Below are positions 10,983 through 23,175 of a stretch of DNA of 64,000 nucleotides, piece by piece (within the stretch, counting starts at the first letter, position 1; each line of letters begins with the position of its first letter). The DNA lies in assembly GCA_937625935.1 (NCBI GenBank), contig OW569391.1, forward strand, positions 124,001-188,000, written 5' to 3'. The translations under genes and the position numbers were made by a program. The notes below the pieces were generated by a model. The model was not told where the DNA came from, ran no database searches, and saw nothing but the letters and a program-made list of their open reading frames with translations. The DNA is from Tetramitus jugosus (Eukaryota; Protista; Heterolobosea).

Positions 10983-12369
10983 ATTTCCTGGTTATTAAAC
11001 GCAGAAAAAACGGAATCACATGTCTGGTGATTCAACAAAATTGGTGAAGGAATACGGCAACAGCCGTTATGCACTGCACGGAAAGGCTCTGCGCCAAGTG
11101 ACAGAGAGGTCGTCATTACTGGCAACGGTAATGGTGTCTCTCAGTCATCTTTGGCAAGAAAGATAGGAGAGGAGTTTGGCGACTGGCTCAACCGAGTCCA
11201 AGTCATCAAGAGGAAAGGTCAGCAACGCTTTGTTGCATGGGTGACGGTCAAGGGTGACCGCATCTATGAGTTTGTTGAGTTCTTCAACAAAGAGAGGAGG
11301 ACTGGCAACAGCACTGCTGCACCCAAGCGCAGTGTTGATTGCACAAGAAAGGTGGTCGTCCACGGCATGAAGAACATGTCAGTGGACGACATCAAGAAGC
11401 TGCTGGGTCCTGAGAAGGTTGCCAGTGTGCTCAAGAAGCGTGACACTGCATTCGTGGTCATGGGTGATGAAACCTATGCGCGAGCAGTGCTCAGTGGAGA
11501 GAACAAGGTAAAGGCCACGGTCACTCGAAACGTCGAGAGACCACATGATCCTCTCAAGGCTGTCAACAAGAGGTTGACCAAGATGTACGAGGAGCTGCTG
11601 ACAGTGGTTGACGGACTGCGTCGACAGGTCACAGAACTCACCAAGGAATTAGGAAAGACAAAGGGTCAAGGGGGCAACAAACCGGTTCCAATGCCGGAAC
11701 AAGAAGTTGCCCAAGCCACTGCTAGGATGGAGACTACTCCTGAGCTAGTGGAGGCAGAAGATCACCACTGCCATCAGTGCCTGTTGTACAGCTCAGTGCT
11801 GAGAACCGGCAAATTCTGGAGCAAGTGAATGCCACTTCTCCAGTGTTCGCCAGAGTGAAAAAGGAAATTGCTGCATTGGCGCTGGCTGCTGCACGCAAAA
11901 GGTATGGTTTGACTGAGGACGAACCAGTCATTGTGGATGTGGATGATGACTCCGAAAAGGAGATTCAGAGTCCACAACTCAATGACTACAAGAAGAGGAG
12001 TGCTAGGATCACACTGGGTGATCTGATGAGCAACAAGGCCCAAAACAAGAAAACAACAACAGATGGCTCTGTGCCCATCGACGGTCCTACTACAAGGTTA
12101 CACCCTTTGATGAAGGGCATCAACCAAAACACTCACCAGAGTGATTCCAACCTGTAGATGCACCGTCGGGGACAACAAGAGAGGAAGAGTGAATGACGCC
12201 CTACGGGTCGTCACTCACAAAACAAGTCAACAAATGAGCAATCGTGTGCTTGCTGCGTAAGCACACATGGTTGTATGGAAAAAAAAAATTTCCTGGTTAT
12301 TTACACAAGATTGGTGAAGGAGTACGGAAAAAAGGCTGCGCCAAGTGACAGAGGTCGTCATTACTGGCA
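10983..12369 (+). mobile_element. Repeat-flanked, frameshifted RRM/coiled-coil element (ORF1/gag-like remnant?)
   Basis: Visibly GC-richer ORFs 11031-11828 and 11777-12157 (-1 frame); two RRM-like segments; two hairpins and A10 at the 3' end, followed by a deleted copy of the element's own 5' region. Confidence 0.45.
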
Positions 12370-12512
12370 TCTCTCCAAACACATTCAACCGTCACAACAT
12401 ACTAGGTACCTTGTACACAGAGAAACAACAAAGAATAAACAGTGCAACCATCGGTTGTCAGCAGATAGGAACTGAAATGGTTGTATTTTTATACGATGTT
12501 TGATTTAAGTTC

Positions 12513-13469
12513 TCATGCGATCGGATTGTTGTTCAGCATTGATGGATTCTTCATTCCAATAGACACCCACTGATGACCTATGACAGATATGGCAGGATAG
12601 TACATGATTCCTTGCGTTGGAATGTCTTCTATTTTTTGAAAGTACTCATTATTCTTGAAAAGATACATAGAAGCTGTCTCTGAACTCAAATTCCTCAAGT
12701 CGAGCATCATAGCAATTGTGTCACCAGTTTTGAACTTCTCCCGCAGAGAATCATTGGCATGTTCGCTATGTGAAGCGTTTCTTTGAACAGAATGTTGACC
12801 GATATTGTAACTGATACCGTGTGTGTTATATCCTATAATATTGTTGAAGTTATGTTCAGTAAACACAAAAGTACTAATCTCTATTCCAACGAACATTCTG
12901 AAAGCGTTGTAACTTCCATTATCGTGGTCGTCCAGAGTGTATTCCCAACAATGCACCTTTCCCATATCAAGCTTTCTATTGGCTCTGATAGTGTACCAAC
13001 GACTATCTTTCTCGCATGATATTGTCTTGTTACGATTATGCATTTTAATGTCAGAATCTGGTGTTCTTGTATGGGGATCCCAATGGATCATATTCGAACA
13101 AACCAATGCCCTCCATATGCAACCGTTGAATAAAGGACTATTTTTTTCGCTGTTGGTCACAGCAGCTTGTTGTTCGTTCTTGCTCTTCTCCTGCTCTTCA
13201 ATGTGATCTCCAACACCTAGGAGACGACTGGCTATCAATTTCCACACATACTCATCAGTATCTGGACTCAACACCAAGTACGATCCATGTTGGCAACTCA
13301 ACGACACACGATACAGATCGTTTATTGTCAAGAATGTTAAAATGAACAGTTGCAAGTCACATGGCAACAATCCAAAAATATTGAGAGTCAATAGTTCTTC
13401 TTCTGTGTGCAGTTCATCCTCAATGATCCTATTGTTCGTTGAAACCTCTTGAATTTGCTTGGAGGTCAT
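12513..13469 (-). CDS. F-box + SPRY-like domain protein
   Basis: F-box LLPCDLQLFILTFLTINDLYRVSLSC; SPRY-like VHCWEY, MFVGI, FKTGDTIAMMLDL, YYPAISV. Confidence 0.8.
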   Translation of the reverse strand: MTSKQIQEVSTNNRIIEDELHTEEELLTLNIFGLLPCDLQLFILTFLTINDLYRVSLSCQHGSYLVLSPDTDEYVWKLIASRLLGVGDHIEEQEKSKNEQQAAVTNSEKNSPLFNGCIWRALVCSNMIHWDPHTRTPDSDIKMHNRNKTISCEKDSRWYTIRANRKLDMGKVHCWEYTLDDHDNGSYNAFRMFVGIEISTFVFTEHNFNNIIGYNTHGISYNIGQHSVQRNASHSEHANDSLREKFKTGDTIAMMLDLRNLSSETASMYLFKNNEYFQKIEDIPTQGIMYYPAISVIGHQWVSIGMKNPSMLNNNPIA

Positions 13470-14218
13470 GTGTGCGTTTTTTGATGAAGAGTTCTCGCAC
13501 TTGAAAAAGTAAGTTCTTCCAGCAACTTGAAGCACAGAGCAATTTATGGTTTTGAAGGAGATTGTTACTCGAGTTCATTTTTTGTAGAACAAGAACTTTC
13601 ATGTTCGATCATTTACCAGAACCACAATGGAACGAGAGGATTAAGAAAAATACAATGGAATAGGTGGCCCACCATCATTGCTGTCGAGGAACAGAGAAGA
13701 CTTCCAGCAACCAATTGGTTCAATTGAACACCATGCTCAAGCTCTTCCGATCCAGGTCATGTCTTCTGCCGTTCCTCAGACCTGGTAGGGAGGGTGCGAG
13801 TTTTTTGTTTCTACACCAGTTGTACCCTTGGTTCAGATAACGTCTTTCCTGGAAGACCCATGTTGAAGGATCATGAAGAGTTGCATGCAGAATCCAACCC
13901 GCGAACACAATAGTCGAACCTTCTAAATTGCAAGTCCCTGCAAACTTTGCTCCGAAGGAAGATGTGGCCGAAAAAACCACAAAAAAAACCTCGGGGCAGA
14001 AAAAGACCAAAAAACTCTCATCTCAACCACTCAGCGGAGAACGAACATCACCAATAAGAGAGACACAACCAACAACAACCAACACAACAACAACATTCAT
14101 TGTCAATCGTTCATTCATCAACAAACGAGTTTTTTCTTCTTCCCACTTGTACAAAAATCAACAACACATCAACAACAACAACAACAACAATAAGAACTAC
14201 TATATCTAAAGAGACAAA

Positions 14219-15878
14219 ATGTCATATGTAGATTTCGTAACGCCAGCGATTCAATTCGCAAAGGAAGCAACCATACTAGATGAAAACAAGGACTATGATA
14301 AAGCAAGTAAAATGTACTTGAAATCGATTGAACATTTCTTAACAGCTTTGAAACGTATGTGTGTGATATCGTGTCTTTTTATTCTTGTCATGATCACATG
14401 TGATCTCTCTCGTTCAGTGGGTTGGTTGGTTGGCCAACTCGTTTTTTTTAATGGTTTTTTTTATGTGATGATGAATTTTTTTGTTGTTGGTCATTCATCG
14501 TCATTGCTTGATGCTGCTGTTCCGGTATTAACAACAACTTGCATATCGTCTCTATACTACTCTATTCTATTCCATACACTCGTCGGTTTTCAGATGAAAC
14601 ACAAGAGAAAAAAAAGGAGATGCTCAAGCGAAAGGTAGAAGAGTTGTTTGAACGTGCTGAAACCATCAAAAAATACCTTAATGAACAAAAGGCCAACGAA
14701 TCTGGTAACAATGGAACAGAGGGCGGCAACGGAGGATCCAGATCAAGCAGTGCAGCCAGTCGCACCAAAAACAAGAACAATGGAAACAATAAGGAAAAGG
14801 ATGAAGAAGCAGAGTTGGCCGGATCACTCGAGAGTGCCATTATTGCTGAGAAGCCTGATGTCAAGTGGGATGATGTAGCTGGATTGGAGGGTGCAAAGGA
14901 AGCACTCAAGGAAGCTGTTATTCTACCGCTGAGATTCCCCCAATTGTTTACTGGTAAGAGAACACCATGGGCCGGTATTTTGCTGTATGGACCACCTGGT
15001 ACTGGAAAGGTAATCTATTCATTTTCATTCATTTGTTGTTTTTTTACATTTCGTTTGTTGCAAAAACTAAACAAATACAAATTTAGAGTTATTTGGCAAA
15101 GGCTGTAGCTAGTGAAGCCAATTCGACCTTTATCTCCATTTCCTCATCGGACATCATGTCCAAGTGGCAAGGTGAGTCTGAGAAGTTGGTGAGACAATTG
15201 TTCAAGATTGCACGAGAGAGGAAACCATCCATTATCTTTATTGATGAAATTGATTCTCTAGTGAGCACAAGAAGTGATAATGAAAATGAGTCGAGCAGGC
15301 GTATTAAGACTGAATTCCTGGTCCAAATGCAGGGAGTGGGCAAGGATGCTGGTGGTATCTTGGTTCTCGGTGCAACGAATATCCCATGGGGACTCGACTC
15401 TGCCATCAGAAGAAGATTTGAGAGACGTATCTATATTCCACTACCTGATTTGCCAGCAAGACGTGTCATGTTCAAGATTCACATTGGAAAAACGCCTCAT
15501 TCTCTGCAAAAGCAAGACTTTGAAGAGTTGGCAAAGTTGACCGAGGGATACTCTGGTTCCGATATCTCTATTCTCGTCAGAAATGCACTGATGGAACCTG
15601 TAAGAACATGTCAAATTGCAACTCATTTCAAGAGAGTGAGAGGTCCTTCAATCGAGGATCCTGATCTGATATCTGATGACATGCTGACTCCTTGCTCTCC
15701 TGGTGCACCTGGTGCTCAAGAGATGAGTCTAACACAAGTCGATCCAAAGAAGCTGTTACCTCCAATTGTGTCATTCAAAGATTTCTTGAAAGCACTGAAA
15801 ACTGCGAGACCTTCTGTGAGTCAGAGTGACTTGCACGAGTATGTTAAGTTCACAGAGGATTTTGGTCAAGAGGGATAA
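14219..15878 (+). CDS. VPS4: AAA ATPase Vps4 (introns 14355-14593, 15010-15086)
   Basis: MIT domain; Walker A GPPGTGK|SYLAKAVA; IIFIDEIDS; [12 protein letters not shown]; C-terminal FTEDFGQEG. Confidence 0.97.
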
Positions 15879-15986
15879 AGACATTAATTTTGAGTGCATC
15901 GGCCCAGATCCGGATCGATTGTTGTAGACTAGAGATTTCAGTAAATAGTAATAAATCAAAACAATATTCATTTTCGAACTCATTGA

Positions 15987-17396
15987 CTAATGACTGCTCT
16001 TTCTTATGAGACCTATCCCATCGGCTTGAGAGTCCAAGATCACAACTCCCCACTGGTCTGTACTATCAGTGCCCCATTGGAAACCTCCATCAAATCCTTG
16101 ACTTTCCTCCTTCACCAATAGATCGCCATCCAGATCACCTCCAATCGCAGATAGCGATAGCAAATGAGCAGAACATGTGCAGCTCAATCTGCTCGAGACC
16201 ATGCACCCAAACCAAATCTTCAAGTCATGTTGCATGGCAACTGCAGCACCATGCAGAACACCACGTACACCACCAGCCTTCTCCAGCTTAAAATTGACAC
16301 CATGAACAAACTCCTTGATCAAGTCAATATTCTTATAAGTGCTTACACTTTCATCGGCAAATATCAAGATTCCTTGTTTTCCTGCTTCTTGCTTGACACG
16401 AATCCATTTGGATCGAAGGTCGGAATCAGCAACAACCTGTGACAAGCAGTCCACTGGGAATGGTTGTTCAATCATATACATGCATTGCTTGATAGTAGGA
16501 TGCTTTTCTAACTCTTCCAAAAATTGGATTGTCAATTCAGGAGTCCATGCAGCATTGGCATCTACGGACCATTGACAAACGGGTAGGTTCGTTGTCGTAT
16601 AAATATCATGTACTATTTTACAGAGTTTGATGCTCTTTGGTACATCTCCATCCAATTTCAACTTGAGATGCTTTGAATATTTCAGACCAAACTCAACAGA
16701 TTTTCGATACTCTTGTTCGTCTTCATTCAACCCCACAGTATAAAATGCAAACTTATCTTTTGGATAAGAAAGGCCAATTGCCTGATGCAAAGATTGCTTG
16801 TTCAACTTGCACCAGAGATCCAAAATGGCCATCTCAACTCCACACTGTGCAGCTAAACGATACTCCAATGGTTGTTCATTCTCATCCAAGTACTGGCAAG
16901 TGTCCAAAACCTTGAACAACAGATAAGGAAGTGCTCCAAACACTGTTAGTGTAGCTGAAGCAGAATCAGCTCTAAGCAACTCAAAATAGGCAACATCAGA
17001 GCTTTGCTTTCTTAGTGTCTCAAATGGATCATACAATGAACTCACAGATATCTGCTGATCTAAGCTATCATATTGAGACAATTCTCTGTTCACGTGAGCG
17101 CAGAAAATTTGGAAAAAGTGTGCGACATCCTCGTAGTTTGCCAAATAACATCCCTTCTTTTTTGGCGGCAAACCAACTTCACCATAACCATGCCACAAAG
17201 CATCTCTGCCACTTCCAGTGCCATCAACCTCAGTGCAAGAGCTTCCACTTCCATCATAAACACTTATAGTGATGAGAGCATTTGTTCGTACAGTGGTAGA
17301 GGAATGACTCGTACCAAATGCACTTCTTAACTCTAGTGAGTATGGCTCGCAGGAGAGAACTAAATTTCCATTGAAAAGATTGGTCGTCTCTGTCAT
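15987..17396 (-). CDS. Enolase-superfamily dipeptide epimerase (L-Ala-D/L-Glu epimerase-like)
   Basis: KLK, DANAAW, EQP, ADES, KLEKAGG and DLDG motifs of the muconate lactonizing enzyme subgroup. Confidence 0.85.
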   Translation of the reverse strand: MTETTNLFNGNLVLSCEPYSLELRSAFGTSHSSTTVRTNALITISVYDGSGSSCTEVDGTGSGRDALWHGYGEVGLPPKKKGCYLANYEDVAHFFQIFCAHVNRELSQYDSLDQQISVSSLYDPFETLRKQSSDVAYFELLRADSASATLTVFGALPYLLFKVLDTCQYLDENEQPLEYRLAAQCGVEMAILDLWCKLNKQSLHQAIGLSYPKDKFAFYTVGLNEDEQEYRKSVEFGLKYSKHLKLKLDGDVPKSIKLCKIVHDIYTTTNLPVCQWSVDANAAWTPELTIQFLEELEKHPTIKQCMYMIEQPFPVDCLSQVVADSDLRSKWIRVKQEAGKQGILIFADESVSTYKNIDLIKEFVHGVNFKLEKAGGVRGVLHGAAVAMQHDLKIWFGCMVSSRLSCTCSAHLLSLSAIGGDLDGDLLVKEESQGFDGGFQWGTDSTDQWGVVILDSQADGIGLIRKSSH

Positions 17397-17529
17397 CTTC
17401 TGTTTGCTTTGGGTTTTGTCAACGGAGTAACATCACAATAACACCGACTTTTCTGTCGGAGCCTGCTCTCAAATTTTCACACGACAAAACGAAAACGAAC
17501 AAACGAGCTCGAAGACAACGATAGATAGA

Positions 17530-19088
17530 ATGTCAGTGCCATTGCTCAAGGATACGAAACCATTGGATAACCCTGCTTCCCAACTCTATTATGAAAATTT
17601 GGCCAAAATTGTCTCCAATAACAACAACACCAATGAAGAAGCAAGAGACGCAATTGTGACCGTTCGTCAAATCAATGAACAAAAGGGAAAGGGACTATTT
17701 GGAACAGTTGCTTTTCAGAAGGGCACAGTGATTTTTGCAGAGAAACCACACGTTGCTCTTCAAGAGGCTCACAGCAGAGTGTCTGCTCATGTCTGTGCTC
17801 ATTGTTTCATGTTTTTGGGGTCGTTGGAAGATCAAATGAATCGACATGAACAAATGCTTGATGAAATTGAGGAGCAAGAAGCGGAGGAAGAAGGCGTAGA
17901 ATATAGAAAAAAGTCCTCTTCGAAAAAGGGCGCCATTCATTTACCACAGGCAAAGACATTGGTAAAGACACATTTGGAATGCTTCGAATGCTTTAATATG
18001 TGCGGTGAGGTGTATTGCAGTGAACAGTGTAGAGTGACTGCTTATGCTAACCATCATCGATTGTTGTGTGTTGGTCAAGTGGAAGATGAGTCTCATCCGT
18101 TGTGTATGTGTGTGCTTTCTCTTTGGTTTGGAGGTGTTTATCTCGACTGACACTCAATTTCTATTTGTTGTTTTACGATCTAGTCTTGTTCAAGGAACAC
18201 GCAGTGATGAACAATGAGCTCTTTTTGATTGCTGCGCAATTCATTACCACTATTATTTCGGAATGGGAAAATAATGGAAAGGACTTGGATAGAGCTATGC
18301 AACCATTCCTTAATCTTCACAAGAGATACTACTGGGATGCAATTGACCTGACCATTAATGAAGGAGTTTCAAAAGAAACCCTTATGAATGTCCTGGGAGA
18401 GTCATTAAAGTATTTGCGCAATGCATTGTCAGACTATTTGAAACAAGCAGAGGGAGGTCAAGAGCTGATGGAGCGATTGCTCGATTTTGATTTTTATTCA
18501 TTGGTTTGTGGTGTGTTGGAGAACAATGATCAAAGCATTGATATCAAGTCACCATTGCAACTCTACCTAGAGAAATTGAACACGTTGTCTGAAGCTGACC
18601 GAGAGAAAGCATGGAATATATTAAAGCCATTGACCAACCGAATTGTGGAAATGCAACGCGAGATGGAAGACGAAGGCGATGATGAAATGATGAATATGGA
18701 TGGTGGAGAGCAAGAGGAGGAAGAGGAAGAAGAAGGCATTGAGGATGTGGAAGATGATGAACCAGTAGAGAGAGAAACACAAGATGAACTTGTTGGAGAA
18801 CTTGACTTGGAAGCAGCCATTGTGTATCAACCATATGTGTTCCCTTCGTGTCAAGGATTGGGAATGTTCGCATTGGAAGCAACAACGAACCACTCCTGCC
18901 AACCAAATTGCATTGTCAAATACGAGTCCGACAATTCAATGAAACTCATTGCTTTGAGAGATATAGAAGCAGGAGAGGAACTAACACACAGCTATATTGA
19001 AGAATCTGCACCTCTGAAAGAACGACAAGAGGAACTTAAGTCATATGGATTTGTTTGCGATTGTCCAAAATGCATCCAGGAATCATAA
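17530..19088 (+). CDS. SET/MYND lysine methyltransferase (SMYD5-like; intron 18104-18183)
   Basis: KGKGLF, CAHC..YCSEQCR, NHSCQPN, GEELTHSYI, post-SET FVCDCPKC. Confidence 0.88.
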
Positions 19089-19125
19089 ACAGTTTTTGTT
19101 TCGCAATTTTACCATTGTGTTCATC

Positions 19126-19803
19126 CTACAGGATGTCTTTAATGTTATTCAAGTCTTCCTTCTTTTGTTCATTCGAGGAGAATGATCCGAATATCTTACG
19201 TGTTTGCTTTTGTTGTTTTGGTTTCTGTTCCTCCATTTTGACCTTATCCACATCTTCTGCTACGTCATCGTCGCAGCTCATGTTCTCATCTCGAACTAGT
19301 CTCACAATTGCCTGGAAACTCTCGTCGATATTGAACTTTGATTTTGCACTGGCCTCAAAGAACTGACACCGTGGACCAAATGTTCGTACGACGCTCAATG
19401 CTTCTTCTCTCGACACTGCCTTTTCTCGTTCAGGCAAGTCAGTTTTATTTCCAATCACAACAATAGGGTATGGATCACCCGGCTCCAAATCCTTGCTCCT
19501 AATCAACTGCTCATAAATCTCTTTCACTTCGTACAGAGATGACAGTTCATCCATGGCATAAACAAGAACAAATCCCTCTCCGTCTCTCATGTACTGATCT
19601 CTCATGGCAGTGTATTCTTCTTGTCCGGCAGTGTCCAGAATGTGGAGCTTAAGGGCGCGATCATCGACCACAAATTGTTTCGTGTACGCTTCTTCAATCG
19701 TTGGATTGTATCGTGTGTCGAATTGACTCTTGACGAACTGAAGAGTGATAGAAGTTTTGCCAATGCCTCCAGATCCGAGTATAACAATTTTGTACTCCTC
19801 CAT
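19126..19803 (-). CDS. Ras/Rap-family small GTPase
   Basis: GSGGIGKT, YNPTIEE, DTAGQEEY, NKTD and EASAK motifs; no CaaX box. Confidence 0.92.
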   Translation of the reverse strand: MEEYKIVILGSGGIGKTSITLQFVKSQFDTRYNPTIEEAYTKQFVVDDRALKLHILDTAGQEEYTAMRDQYMRDGEGFVLVYAMDELSSLYEVKEIYEQLIRSKDLEPGDPYPIVVIGNKTDLPEREKAVSREEALSVVRTFGPRCQFFEASAKSKFNIDESFQAIVRLVRDENMSCDDDVAEDVDKVKMEEQKPKQQKQTRKIFGSFSSNEQKKEDLNNIKDIL

Positions 19804-20077
19804 GTTGTTGTGTCTTTGTTTCTTCTTGTTTGTGACAAAACATGCCACAGAAAGTGTTCATCCTCTCTGTGCCAATCTGAACTATGTGAAAGTTCGCTCG
19901 AACGCTCCAACAATTTCTACGAAACTACAAATTTTACCGCGATCCAATTTGTCTTCTTCAGAAGGAGATCCAGCTCGCACTTGGAAACATCGATTGACAA
20001 CAATCGGGGAAAGTCGAAACAAAAAAAACGAAGACACCAGCAGAAAAACCTATCTATATCAATCTTCCTACTTTATC

Positions 20078-21438
20078 ATGTACAGACCCAATAATTATAT
20101 GCAACCTTCGGCTTCCCCGACAAATGAACAATACAGAATGTACGTTTATACTCATCATTGGATCACACTTCACAACAAACGAACCGAAAAACTAAACAAT
20201 TTTTTTCGCTTATTTTTTGAAACACTTTAGACGAGAGTATCACATCAACAACCTTTTGCAACGATATCCAAATGCGAGAATCGTAGCAGCTGATAAGACC
20301 ATGGTCGATGTTCCTCTTCGGTTGAACAATGGTCAATATTTGAACTTTAGAGTGTATGTTTTTTGTAAAAAAACTCCTTTCGCGCCAAAAAAATTTCAAC
20401 GCCGATGCTGACTCCCGCTCTTTTTGTAATAATTGGATACACAGAAATTTACAACCTTCATTTCCGCAGCTACCTCCAGTGATACAGTTGCTCGCAACAG
20501 CAGCAGAGCATCGCTTCTTGGAAAAAAATCAATTGGTTGTTCATGAGCGGTTGCGCATGTGGCATCCCAATGATCACTTGGGTGAAGCTCTCTTCCAAGT
20601 GTTTCAAGACTTTCTCAACTTCCCTCCAAGGATCATAAGCTATGCTGTTGTCAATCCTACTAGTAACAGGACCACTCCACAACCTCAACAACCTCAACAG
20701 CAGCAACCACCCATGTATCAACAACCTCCACCAACCTATGCTATGCTACCTCAACAACAGCAACAACAGCAACAACAGCAACAACAGCAACAACAGCAAC
20801 AACAACAACCGATGTATCAACCACCTCAAGCTTCTCCATCTCCACCAGTCTCCTCTGCTTCCTCCTCATCTGCAGCAATGAACAACAATAGATTATCACA
20901 AATGGATTCTCCAATGATGGGTCGAGTGACTATTCCACCTCAACCCACCACTTTTCCTGAAATTGAAAAATTGTCCAACAATCCATCTGAGATTACACAA
21001 TTGTTGGAATCAGAGTACCAGTACAAGCAATGGTTGGAACAGTTGGAATATATTAAGACTGCGAAACAATTGTTTGATGAATTGAGAACAAAGAACATGG
21101 ATAAGGCAAAGGACAATATTAAGCGAAACAAGGAATTGGAAGAGAGAACAGCCGAGTACAACAAACTGAAGGAAGAAGTTCAACAACTCAAGTTGAGCGT
21201 TCAGGAGAAGACGTTGAAGCAAAAGGAGATCAATGAGAGATATCAACCACAGAATGTGCTCAAAGTGTTGAATCAAAAGATTGAACAGATTGAAACAGAG
21301 ACTGAGCAAATGGGTGACAATTTTGCGCTAAACGGAGGCAATTGGGACGAGTTTATGAAGGAATACATGGAAAAGCGATCTCTGTATCATTTGAGACAGG
21401 AGAAGAAGATGCGTTTCAAGTCAACCTATGTCAAGTAG
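20078..21438 (+). CDS. VPS37: ESCRT-I subunit Vps37-like (introns 20140-20230, 20354-20444)
   Basis: N-terminal UEV-like region (NLQPSFPQLPPVI), Pro/Gln linker, Mod(r) C-terminus (FMKEYMEKRSLYHLRQEK). Confidence 0.8.
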
Positions 21439-21526
21439 AAATCATTTGACACGTTGCTTTCATTCATACAATAATCAATACACGCATAATAGTTATTTTT
21501 CAATTTATCTGAAGATTTTTCTTGTT

Positions 21527-22798
21527 TTACAATTCGTCGTGAGCTGGCTTCTTGAAATCCTCATATGAATTAAACTTCAATCCGCCACGCACTCTCTCGA
21601 AATAGTGTGATGCATTTGAGCGACTCACATTGTTGGTTGAATACTTGTTCTTTCCAGCACGCAAGACAACCAATGGGACAGTCAACTCAGCAGAGACGAG
21701 TTCCTCGATCTCAAAAGTATCCTTGACCAACTGTGCGTCAGATCCCTCGTAGGTGGCAAACTTTAGCTTTTCCTTCTTTGCATATTGTTGTGCCAGCTCG
21801 TTCACAAGTTGTCTCTGCTCTTGTACACTGGTCTCGTCCAACACTGCCAAAATGCACATTCTGTCACAATACTTTTTCAAATCCTCAATATTGCTAATCT
21901 TTTCGACAATTACTTGATTCTTGCGTTTTTCTTCCTCAGCCTTCTTCTCTGCTCTCACCTTTTCCTTGTGCACATCTGTTCCAGCCACATGACTGCTCAC
22001 AAACTTGAGTATTTGATCCTTCTTCATCTTTCCTTCATAGAACAGTGGTTCGGAGGAAGCAACTGATTTGCCTTCAGGGTACAACAACAGTGCAGGAGCT
22101 TTGATCTTATTGATCCATTCACCGCTGTCAGGAACAACGACGGCAATAGCGTCCTTCATCGATTGGAGAGACGATTGAGGAACGAATGCAAGCTTTACAT
22201 TGTTATTGGATCTCATTTCCACTGCAATTGACTTGAAAAGGTTTGGATTGGAGTCCTTGGAGCTAATGAGCACTGCTCTCACAGATGAATCATCACTCAA
22301 AAACTGATTCAATTGATCAGGAGTGCTCAATCGCTTCACTGGATCAGGCAAAGCTCGAAACTTTTCCAACAGTGTATTCACAATGGCACCAGCGGTTCGC
22401 TGATATTGATAATCATCCGGCGATTTCTTGTAATCTTTTCCAGCGCCAAAAATTTTGATCGTTGGAAAACCGCGAATTCCATATCGTTGCGCCAATTCTT
22501 TTTCGTCATCGCAGTTGATGCGACCCATGTTTACAACACCTCCCAGGCTCTCAGCTGCCTTGTCATACTCTGGATGAAGGCTTTTACAATGACCGCACCA
22601 TGGTGCCACAAAGGCAACCATCCAGATACCTTCACTCTGAAGAACAGTTCTATCAAAGTTGGACGAAGTGAGATCGACGACTGCTGCAGATCCATGCACA
22701 AAGGATGAAGAGGCAAGGACTGCAACAAGTGTAAACAGGAGAATTCCAATAGAGATGGCTAGTGTTGGTTTGTTATTTGGGTAAGTGCCTACCGACAT
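21527..22798 (-). CDS. ER protein disulfide isomerase, P5/PDIA6-like
   Basis: Hydrophobic N-terminal signal, APWCGHCK, GFPTIKIF, C-terminal HDEL. Confidence 0.88.
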   Translation of the reverse strand: MSVGTYPNNKPTLAISIGILLFTLVAVLASSSFVHGSAAVVDLTSSNFDRTVLQSEGIWMVAFVAPWCGHCKSLHPEYDKAAESLGGVVNMGRINCDDEKELAQRYGIRGFPTIKIFGAGKDYKKSPDDYQYQRTAGAIVNTLLEKFRALPDPVKRLSTPDQLNQFLSDDSSVRAVLISSKDSNPNLFKSIAVEMRSNNNVKLAFVPQSSLQSMKDAIAVVVPDSGEWINKIKAPALLLYPEGKSVASSEPLFYEGKMKKDQILKFVSSHVAGTDVHKEKVRAEKKAEEEKRKNQVIVEKISNIEDLKKYCDRMCILAVLDETSVQEQRQLVNELAQQYAKKEKLKFATYEGSDAQLVKDTFEIEELVSAELTVPLVVLRAGKNKYSTNNVSRSNASHYFERVRGGLKFNSYEDFKKPAHDEL

Positions 22799-23175
22799 TG
22801 ATTTTGTTTTGGTTTTTGAGCTCAAAGGTAAGGTGATTTGGTTTTTGGCTTGAAAAACACCACGTGTCCTCGTTGAAGGTTCCTGCATAATTCTCCGTCG
22901 AAATTGACCATAACCAAAAAATTTTGGTTATTTTACTTTTGCCTTTTTTTTTTTTTTTTTTCCATACAACAGTTGTTGGCACTTTATTCAATACACTACT
23001 ATGAGACATGTCGTTGCTCAGAACCGCAGGTTCTGAGCTATTGTGCAGGTCTCTTCGCTAGCGAGTCTTTCCAGACTTTGTACATTCGTTTGATGCAAGA
23101 TCTTTTCATTGCATTTACCAATCTTTTCACTTATTTTACTTTTGCCAACTAAAATTTGATTAATTATGATATGAA

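Noticed and set aside
12007-12060. CTGATGA after a hairpin as a hammerhead ribozyme
   Set aside because: No stem II pairing before GAAA and no correctly placed NUH site
13540-14210. Small ORFs between the F-box/SPRY gene and VPS4
   Set aside because: No recognisable domains; probably divergent promoter and UTR sequence
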